A stretch of DNA of 64,000 nt from Rhodobacterales bacterium (GTDB taxonomy: Bacteria > Pseudomonadota > Alphaproteobacteria > Caulobacterales > Hyphomonadaceae). The notes under the pieces were generated by a model that saw only the letters and a program-made list of their open reading frames with translations, was not told the DNA's origin and made no database searches. The stretch is taken from positions 21,417 through 85,416 of the forward strand of contig JACXUV010000005.1 in the NCBI GenBank assembly GCA_014763715.1. Reading direction: 5' to 3'. A program made the translations under genes and the position numbers. This document shows, one piece after another, positions 57,764 to 64,000 of this stretch; position 1 is the stretch's first letter, and each line of letters starts with the position of its first letter.

Positions 57764-58021
57764 TCAGTCGTCAAAAGTGGGGCGGGAGCGGCGCGGCGGC
57801 GAACGGGGGTCCTCCGCCTCGCTGCTTTCGAGTAGACGTTCCAGCGTCTCGATCCGGCGTTCCATCGCCTTGGCCGAGCGCCAGAGGTCTTCCATCATGC
57901 GCTCATCGTCCGGCATCAGGGTCTTCTGCTTCCGCCACAGAGTGACGTAGTGAAAGATCATGCCAGGCAGGACGATGAAGATCGCGATGATGGCAAAAAG
58001 CGGGATAAACTCGTCGGGCAT
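57764..58021 (-). CDS. pspB: Phage shock protein B
   Basis: N-terminal TM ending FHY.T.W, DE..ME.LW..A..MERRI.TLE.LL. Confidence 0.9.
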   Translation of the reverse strand: MPDEFIPLFAIIAIFIVLPGMIFHYVTLWRKQKTLMPDDERMMEDLWRSAKAMERRIETLERLLESSEAEDPRSPPRRSRPTFDD

Positions 58022-58131
58022 CAGGCGGCCTCATTCTTCTTGGCGCGGCGGTCTTCAAGCTCCATGGCAACAAGGCCAGGCGTGCAGACCACAGTCAGGA
58101 AGCCAGCGAGGCAGGCAAGCGAGAACAGCAT
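58021..58131 (-). CDS. 36-aa hydrophobic small protein between pspA and pspB (not in ORF track)
   Basis: Hand translation: MLFSLACLAGFLTVVCTPGLVAMELEDRRAKKNEAA; GGAGG RBS at the pspA end; TGATG overlap with pspB. Confidence 0.7.
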   Translation of the reverse strand: MLFSLACLAGFLTVVCTPGLVAMELEDRRAKKNEAA

Positions 58132-58135
58132 ATGA

Positions 58136-58816
58136 TCAGCCCTCCGACTTCTTGGCGGAAGCCTTGGAACGCTTCGCCTTCAGGGCGGCGAGTTCCTTCT
58201 CGATGCTTTCGTCCTGCTCAAGGGCAGCGAACTGAGCTTCGAGGGTCGGCTCCGCACCGCGAATCTGGTCGGCATAGGCTTCCATCTCGTCAACCTTACG
58301 CTCGATATTGCCATAGCGGGCAAGCGCTTCATCGACCCGGCCGTCATAGACCTGGCTGCGGATACGGATGCGTTGTTCGGCAGCTTCGCGGCGCATCATC
58401 AGCGCACGATGCTTTGCCTTGGCCTCGTCGAGCTTGGCCTGCAGCTTACCGAGATCGTCCTGGCGCTTTTCGAAGGCTTCCTCGGCGGCGGCCATCGCAT
58501 TCTTGCGGCGGTCGATTTCGGCTTCGGCCTTCTGCTTGGCGATCAGGGCGCCGCGGGCTAGGTCTTCCCTGCCCTTGTCGATGGCCAGCTCGGCCTTGGC
58601 GGTCCAGTCGTCGCGGACAGAGGTGAAGTGGGCGATATCGCGCTCCATCTCTTTCTTGTCGGCCATGGCACGGGCGGCCGCGGTGCGGACCTCGACCAGC
58701 GTGTCTTCCATTTCCTGAATGATCAGGCGCGCAATTTTTTCGGGGTTCTCGGCATTGTCGAGCATCGAGTTGATGTTCGAGTTGATGATGTCACCGAGGC
58801 GGGAGAACAGACCCAT
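58136..58816 (-). CDS. pspA: Phage shock protein A
   Basis: MGLFSRLGDIINSNINSMLDNAENPEK..RLIIQEMEDTLVEVR, long coiled coil. Confidence 0.97.
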   Translation of the reverse strand: MGLFSRLGDIINSNINSMLDNAENPEKIARLIIQEMEDTLVEVRTAAARAMADKKEMERDIAHFTSVRDDWTAKAELAIDKGREDLARGALIAKQKAEAEIDRRKNAMAAAEEAFEKRQDDLGKLQAKLDEAKAKHRALMMRREAAEQRIRIRSQVYDGRVDEALARYGNIERKVDEMEAYADQIRGAEPTLEAQFAALEQDESIEKELAALKAKRSKASAKKSEG

Positions 58817-58844
58817 TGTGGTGTCCTTTCGTGTCAGGGGAGGG

Positions 58845-58976
58845 TTAGAAGAAGAAACCGCCGAGGAAGACGCCCGCGGCAAAGAACATCCAGGTCTCTG
58901 CGGAACGGGTCGACAGCCACCGGCCAAAACGGCCTGTGTCCGATCGGGCTTCTGAGCGGGTGTAACGGTCTTCCAT
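58845..58976 (-). CDS. 43-aa C-terminally hydrophobic small protein, first gene of the psp operon
   Basis: MEDRYTRSEARSDTGRFGRWLSTRSAETWMFFAAGVFLGGFFF; lies between the sigma-54 promoter and pspA. Confidence 0.65.
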   Translation of the reverse strand: MEDRYTRSEARSDTGRFGRWLSTRSAETWMFFAAGVFLGGFFF

Positions 58977-59033
58977 GTCTTGTTTCGTCCTTCTGGTTTG
59001 AGCAACGCCCGTCGCTCTGAGCCCTTCCCTCAT

Positions 59034-59049
59034 TTCAAGGACCGTGCCA
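59034..59049 (-). promoter_or_regulatory. Sigma-54 (-24/-12) promoter of the psp operon
   Basis: Minus strand TGGCACGGTCCTTGAA (non-consensus -12), followed upstream by an AT-rich IHF-like tract; divergent pspF. Confidence 0.75.
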
Positions 59050-59183
59050 GACCAAAATTAATTTCATAACTCATTGTTTTTATTTAATAAAAAAGTTTTC
59101 TGGGCGACGTCCTGTAAAACATTTTAGTGATTTTGACGAAATATTTGGTCGATATATGAATTAAATTTAGCTATATCGACCTT

Positions 59184-60284
59184 ATGATTGATCAAACCAT
59201 ACAACTGATCGGAGAGTCCCCGGCTTGGCTGAGTGCGCAGGAACATGCTTCTCGCGTCGCGCCGCTGGAACGGCCAATCCTGGTGATCGGGGAGCGCGGA
59301 ACCGGCAAGGAGCTGATCGGGGAGCGCCTGCACTTCCTGTCGAAGCGCTGGGAAGGCCCGTTCATTAAGGTAAATTGCGCGGCGTTATCCGAAACGCTAC
59401 TGGACAGCGAGCTGTTCGGGCATGAGCGCGGCGCTTTCACCGGCGCGACCGAGCAGCGCAAGGGCCGGTTCGAACTGGCCGATGGCGGCACCATCTTTCT
59501 GGACGAGATCGCGACGGCCAGCCAGCAGGTGCAGGAAAAGCTGCTGCGGGTGGTGGAGTATGGAGAGTTCCAGCGCCTCGGCGGCTCACGCGTTCTGAAC
59601 ACCAATGTGCGGATCATCGCAGCCACCAATGCGGACCTGCCGGCCATGGCAGAGGCGGGCAAGTTCCGCTCCGACCTGCTGGACCGGCTGGCCTTCGATG
59701 TCATCACCCTGCCGCCTTTGCGCGCCCGGCGGGGCGATGCCAGCCTGCTGGCCGATCATTTCGCCCGGCGCATGGCGATCGAACTGGGAGAGGACTTCCC
59801 CGGCTTTGCCCCTTCGGCCATCGCCGCCATCGAAGCGCATGACTGGCCCGGCAATGTGCGGGAGCTACGCAATTTCGCCCAGCGGCTTACGCACCGGTCG
59901 ATGACGATGTCCCCCGGCGAGCCGGTCGTCTTCGACCCGTCTGCGCTGGACCCCTTCGAGTCGCCCTGGCGCCCCCAGTCCACGCCAGGCACAGCCACCA
60001 GGCCAACCAGCCCGGCCGCCGTCATCGCCGCCTCACCGGGACGAATCGACCCCTCCGTCACAGCCGACTTCCAGGCCCAGGTTGCCGCCTTCGAAATGCG
60101 CCTGATCGATGAGGCGCTCAGCTGGGCCAAAGGCCATCAGGGCCAGGCCGCCGACGCCCTCGGCCTGACCTATCACCAGTTCAGAGGCCTTCTGAAAAAG
60201 CATGATTATGGAAAGAAGCCCGGCAAACCGAAGGAAGGCGAGGAAGGCACGCCCCTGAAAGGGACTCCGCGCCCCGCCATGTAA
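59184..60284 (+). CDS. pspF: Phage shock operon sigma-54 activator
   Basis: No receiver domain; GERGTGKE, SELFGHERGAFTGA, LFLDEI, FRSDLLDRLAFDV, WPGNVREL.N, C-terminal HTH LGLTYHQFRGLLKKH. Confidence 0.95.
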   Translation: MIDQTIQLIGESPAWLSAQEHASRVAPLERPILVIGERGTGKELIGERLHFLSKRWEGPFIKVNCAALSETLLDSELFGHERGAFTGATEQRKGRFELADGGTIFLDEIATASQQVQEKLLRVVEYGEFQRLGGSRVLNTNVRIIAATNADLPAMAEAGKFRSDLLDRLAFDVITLPPLRARRGDASLLADHFARRMAIELGEDFPGFAPSAIAAIEAHDWPGNVRELRNFAQRLTHRSMTMSPGEPVVFDPSALDPFESPWRPQSTPGTATRPTSPAAVIAASPGRIDPSVTADFQAQVAAFEMRLIDEALSWAKGHQGQAADALGLTYHQFRGLLKKHDYGKKPGKPKEGEEGTPLKGTPRPAM

Positions 60285-60287
60285 GGC

Positions 60288-60647
60288 CTAGAAGCCGCAG
60301 ATTTCCTTCACCCTCGTCAAGAGCTGTCCATAATCGATCGGCTTGTTCAGAACCAGATGCTCCGAAAACCGCTCCTGAAGATGAGACGTGTCGTTGCCGG
60401 ACAAGAAGATGAAGGGCACCCCCTCCCTCTCGAGCCGCTCAGCAACCGGAAGCGAGGTCGAGCCCCGGATATTCATATCAAGGATCGCAGCACAGACCGA
60501 CGTTTCATCCATCGCCGCCATTGCATCCTCAACACTGGCAACTGGTGGCAGCACCCTATAGCCAGCCTCTTCGAGCCGCACTTTCACATCAAGGGCAATC
60601 AGAAACTCGTCTTCCACCAGAAGAATTTCACAAGCGCAGCAACTCAT
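60288..60647 (-). CDS. Single-domain response regulator (receiver)
   Basis: ILLVEDEFLIA, AILDMNI (Asp), FIFLSG, KP. Confidence 0.9.
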   Translation of the reverse strand: MSCCACEILLVEDEFLIALDVKVRLEEAGYRVLPPVASVEDAMAAMDETSVCAAILDMNIRGSTSLPVAERLEREGVPFIFLSGNDTSHLQERFSEHLVLNKPIDYGQLLTRVKEICGF

Positions 60648-62518
60648 TATGCTTCCTTCTTCCGGAAACGGAACTGCGCCCATAATCCTTCCGGGCGGTA
60701 CTCTATGGCAGCATGCCCTCCAAGTGTGTGAACAAGACTCTGTTCGATCAGGACACTGCCAAATCCACGCCGTGTCGGCGGCTTCACCGGCGGCCCTCCC
60801 GTCTCAACCCAAGTAACAACAGCCTCATGCCGAGTCGGGTTCGGAGCCGAATTCCATTTGATATCGATCTGCCCACTCTCTGATGACATGGCGCCATATT
60901 TGGCCGCATTCGTTGCCAGCTCATGCAGGACAAGGCCGAACGCATGCGACGCCTCAGGACTCAAAGTGAGCGGTGGCCCCGACATCCTGACCCGGTTTTC
61001 CCCGCCACCCGGCGCATAAGGCAGAACCTGATCGCGCACCAGCTGGGAAATGTCCGCATTCCGGCGAGTTGTATCGACCAGCAGGTCGTGACACTTTGAA
61101 ATAGCCATGAGGCGACCGATAAAGGTTTCCCGGAATGCCTCAAGATCGGAGGCTTCGCGCAATGTATGTGAAGCGATCGTCTGCACCGTCGCCAGAGAAT
61201 TCTTCACCCGGTGGCTGAGCTCATTGACCAGCATTTCCCGATGCGTTTCCGATTTCACACGCTCGGTGATGTTCACGCCGGACGGAACGATTTTGATCAC
61301 CTCTCCGGCCTCATTCATGATCGGAGCAAGCTGGAAATCCACAACCATGCGGGCATCCCCCCGGCAACGGATAACAAGATCCTCGCGGAAAGCCTCCCCT
61401 CTTGCAGCCTTTGCGATCGCCTCTTTGAGGTGCTCTCTTGCCTCCGCATCATGAGACCACCAATAGGTGTCCCAGAAAGGCCGGCCGACGACGTCAGAAC
61501 GCTGAACACCTGCCGAGTCGAGAGCCACTTCATTGACATCCAGGACAATCCCTTCAGGCGTCAGCAGCCCGATCGCGGCATTCACATTATCGAGAATATT
61601 GCGCAACTGCTCGTCGCGCTGCTGCAGGGCGGTCTCCGCCCGCTTCGCATCCGTGATATCGGCAAAGGAAACTGCAAACCCATCACCGACCTTGGCAGCT
61701 GTAATGCGGTACCAGGCCTTCTGGGTCGGCCACTCATATTCCTGCTCTCCCTGCCAGGGCTCGCCTGTTTCAACGACCCGCACATAGATATCGAACATCT
61801 CGGTGAAATAGTCCGCCGGCACACGCTGACGCAAAGTCCTCCCGATGATGTCGCTGACTGCCTCACCTGCCGCACGCGCACTCGCCGGGTTGATGTATTC
61901 GATCCGGAAATCCGTGATCTCGCCATTCCCGTCACGAACACTGGTGTACACGATAAATCCATCAGGCGAGGTCTGATGAACTGCGCGCAAGCGGGCTTCG
62001 CTTTCGGCCAGGGCCTGCTCCACCTGCTTCTTTTCGGTGATGTCCGTAAGAATAGCGACGACATGGCTGAGGCTACCATTGGGATTCCGCACTCCCCCGA
62101 CAGTCAGGCTGGTCCAGACAGTACTGCCGTCCGGACGATAATAGCGCTTATCAAGCTGATAGCTGTTGCGCTGCCCTTCAAGGATCTGTGCAAAGAGCGT
62201 CAAATCCCGCTCCAGATCCTCCGGGTGGGTGATTGTACGAAAATCAACGCCGGCAAGCGTCTCCGGCTGGTGGCCCAGGATTTCGGCAAACCGGCGATTG
62301 CCCCGCAACCATGTACCATCCGGCGCGACATGGGCCATGCCCACGGCGGCATTATCGAAAGCCTCTTCAAATGGGCGGTCTGCATCCGGTGACGGGCCGG
62401 CAGACGGAGCGCCGCCTGCCGCATCAACCTGTCTGCCGATATGACGCATCATGACCCTGGAGGTCTCCCGAATGGCCGGCAAAATGGTCCGCCGGATAGA
62501 GATGAACATGCCAGGCAC
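60647..62518 (-). CDS. Cytoplasmic PAS-PAS-PAS HWE/HisKA_2-family histidine kinase
   Basis: Three PAS/PAC repeats; ELSHRVKNSLA.VQ H-box, LHELATNAAKYGA, W.E.GGP.V..P.RRGFGS. Start uncertain (62518 or about 62452). Confidence 0.9.
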   Translation of the reverse strand: MPGMFISIRRTILPAIRETSRVMMRHIGRQVDAAGGAPSAGPSPDADRPFEEAFDNAAVGMAHVAPDGTWLRGNRRFAEILGHQPETLAGVDFRTITHPEDLERDLTLFAQILEGQRNSYQLDKRYYRPDGSTVWTSLTVGGVRNPNGSLSHVVAILTDITEKKQVEQALAESEARLRAVHQTSPDGFIVYTSVRDGNGEITDFRIEYINPASARAAGEAVSDIIGRTLRQRVPADYFTEMFDIYVRVVETGEPWQGEQEYEWPTQKAWYRITAAKVGDGFAVSFADITDAKRAETALQQRDEQLRNILDNVNAAIGLLTPEGIVLDVNEVALDSAGVQRSDVVGRPFWDTYWWSHDAEAREHLKEAIAKAARGEAFREDLVIRCRGDARMVVDFQLAPIMNEAGEVIKIVPSGVNITERVKSETHREMLVNELSHRVKNSLATVQTIASHTLREASDLEAFRETFIGRLMAISKCHDLLVDTTRRNADISQLVRDQVLPYAPGGGENRVRMSGPPLTLSPEASHAFGLVLHELATNAAKYGAMSSESGQIDIKWNSAPNPTRHEAVVTWVETGGPPVKPPTRRGFGSVLIEQSLVHTLGGHAAIEYRPEGLWAQFRFRKKEA

Positions 62519-62766
62519 AAAGGCCCGCCCGTCTCTCTTGCCTGTTTTCTGTTAATGACAGGCTTCAGCCCGGATGGTGCGGCCTGCCACAACACCTGTC
62601 AAATCGGGAATTCCGGCAGGCTTATGGCACCTGGCAGGCGAGTTATCAGATTGTAACGCCGCACCCCCTTCCACGGAGCAAACTCTTGCCCATCTCTTGA
62701 GTAGGAGTCGCTTCATGCGATGTTCTGGGCCATAATGGCCACCAAACAAGAAGAAGGAGACCGCTC

Positions 62767-63363
62767 GTGCAGATACAGATTACTGGCAAGCATATGGATC
62801 TCGGTGAAGCCCTGCGGGGCCGGATCGAATCGGGGCTGGAGGCAGCGGTCAGTAAATATTTCACCCGAACCGGCGATGCGCGCGTATTCGTGTCACAGCA
62901 AGGTCCGTTCGTGGAAGTGGACTGCAATGTTCACCTGCCCTCCGGCATCGTGCTGCAATCGACCGGCAAGGCCGGCGACCCCTATGCAGCGCTGGAAGAC
63001 AGCCTGGACAAGATGGAAAAACGTGTGCGCCGCTACAAGCGCCGCCTGAAGGACCATCATGCCGGAACCACGACGCTTCCCGGCGAACCGGCCGCAGAGG
63101 CCGTGCTTCAGGTCCAGATGAACGGGCATGACGTCGACAGTGACGAGGAACACCCAGAAGCATCCGACGCCCCGCTGACAGTGGCTGAGACGGCCGTTCA
63201 GATACGAACAATGAGTGTTTCTGAGGCAGTTATGCAACTTGAACTGCAGGAAGTTCCGGCACTCATGTTCAGAAATGCTGGCCATGGGCGCCTGAATATG
63301 GTGTACCGCCGCCCGGACGGGCACATTGGTTGGGTGGACCCAGCAGACGCCTCCAGAAACTGA
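62767..63363 (+). CDS. hpf: Ribosome hibernation promoting factor (long HPF/RaiA)
   Basis: MQIQITGKHMDLGEALR, DPYAALE..L.KMEKRVRRYK.RLKDH, C-terminal MSV.EAVMQL.....ALMFRN...R.N.VYRR.DG.IGWVDP. Confidence 0.95.
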   Translation: MQIQITGKHMDLGEALRGRIESGLEAAVSKYFTRTGDARVFVSQQGPFVEVDCNVHLPSGIVLQSTGKAGDPYAALEDSLDKMEKRVRRYKRRLKDHHAGTTTLPGEPAAEAVLQVQMNGHDVDSDEEHPEASDAPLTVAETAVQIRTMSVSEAVMQLELQEVPALMFRNAGHGRLNMVYRRPDGHIGWVDPADASRN

Positions 63364-63386
63364 GGCGGCCAACGGAAGCGAGTTAC

Positions 63387-63857
63387 ATGGCGACCGATTT
63401 GACATCCCTGCTTGAAGGCGGGGTCATCCTGCCGTCGTTTGAAGCGACGAGCCGCAAACAGGCGATTCATGCCCTTGCAGAAGCTCTGGCAGATGCCACC
63501 GGTCTTGGTGCACGCCAGATCGAGGATGCCGTGATGGAACGCGAACGCCTTGGCTCGACCGGCGTTGGCGAGGGCGTTGCCATTCCGCACGCCCGGGTCG
63601 ACGGCTTGGAAAAGCCGGTCGGCGGTTTCCTCCATCTGCAACAAGGCGTCGATTTCGAAGCCATTGATGAGCGCCCCTGCGACCTGATCTTCATGCTGCT
63701 GGCCCCGAAGACGGCTGGCGCGGACCATTTACGGGCCCTGGCCCAGGTATCCCGCGTTTTCCGCCAGAGCGCCGTACGCGACGCCCTGCGGGCCGCCCGC
63801 AGCGAGGAAGAAGTCCGGGCCGTGGTTTGCCGCGAGACGGCCGAGCCTTCGGTCTGA
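63387..63857 (+). CDS. ptsN: PTS IIA-Ntr nitrogen regulatory protein
   Basis: RERLGSTGVGEGVAIPHAR, DF.AID..P.DL.F.LLAP...GADHLRALA.VSR. Confidence 0.95.
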   Translation: MATDLTSLLEGGVILPSFEATSRKQAIHALAEALADATGLGARQIEDAVMERERLGSTGVGEGVAIPHARVDGLEKPVGGFLHLQQGVDFEAIDERPCDLIFMLLAPKTAGADHLRALAQVSRVFRQSAVRDALRAARSEEEVRAVVCRETAEPSV

Positions 63858-63880
63858 GGGCCCGCGCAATCCTGAGAAAC

Positions 63881-63912
63881 AAGCCCCGCCGGGCAAGCTG
63901 GCGGGGCTTTTT
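63881..63912 (+). terminator. Rho-independent terminator after ptsN
   Basis: aagccccgcc...ggcggggcttttt. Confidence 0.85.
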
Positions 63913-64000
63913 CATGCACCGGATGCAGGCCTTCGCTGGGCAGACTGTTCAGGAAAACTGAAGCGTTCATCTGCCACATTGCAATCACACCGTGCGATAG

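Noticed and set aside
62615-62645. Possible sigma-54 promoter for hpf (TGGCACCTGGCAGGC)
   Set aside because: It lacks the TTGC -12 element at the correct spacing.
63913-64000. Possible 3' end of a gene at the window edge
   Set aside because: The sequence is too short to assign a frame or product.
1-64000. tRNA, rRNA, IS transposases, CRISPR arrays, toxin-antitoxin or defence islands, frameshifted pseudogenes
   Set aside because: None was recognised on manual reading; tRNAscan-SE, ISEScan and DefenseFinder runs would be needed to exclude them formally.

Overview
GC-rich alphaproteobacterial chromosomal DNA. The gene set and order (mutS-maeB, ccr/ecm, lptCAB-rpoN, psp, hpf-ptsN, serC leader, SAM-II riboswitch, GTTC-N7-GTTC LexA box) suggest a Caulobacterales/Hyphomonadaceae-like organism; this is inference, not a database result. 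The window is mostly housekeeping and metabolic genes: mutS, malic enzyme, ethylmalonyl-CoA pathway, purA, serCA, lipid/acyl-CoA enzymes, LPS transport, sigma-54, metA, xerC, ohr/ohrR, mnmC, psp, hpf/ptsN. I found no prophage, IS transposase, CRISPR array, rRNA or tRNA. The items most worth follow-up are small. (1) A ~150-nt structured, possibly switchable leader upstream of a DUF2087-like gene. (2) An extended sigma-54 psp operon carrying three extra small membrane ORFs, one below the ORF-track cut-off and one hidden by a mis-called start. (3) A membrane protein with an N-terminal primase-like zinc ribbon. (4) A candidate orphan sRNA. (5) A REP-like repeat family with covarying stems. (6) A tandem vWA paralog pair with opposite predicted localisation. 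(7) A putative nuclease / nucleoside hydrolase / ribokinase scavenging module. (8) A ~24-kb inversion-like split of the usual rpoN-hpf-ptsN linkage. I do not see one unmistakable large novel system. All family calls come from motif recognition by eye, not searches.
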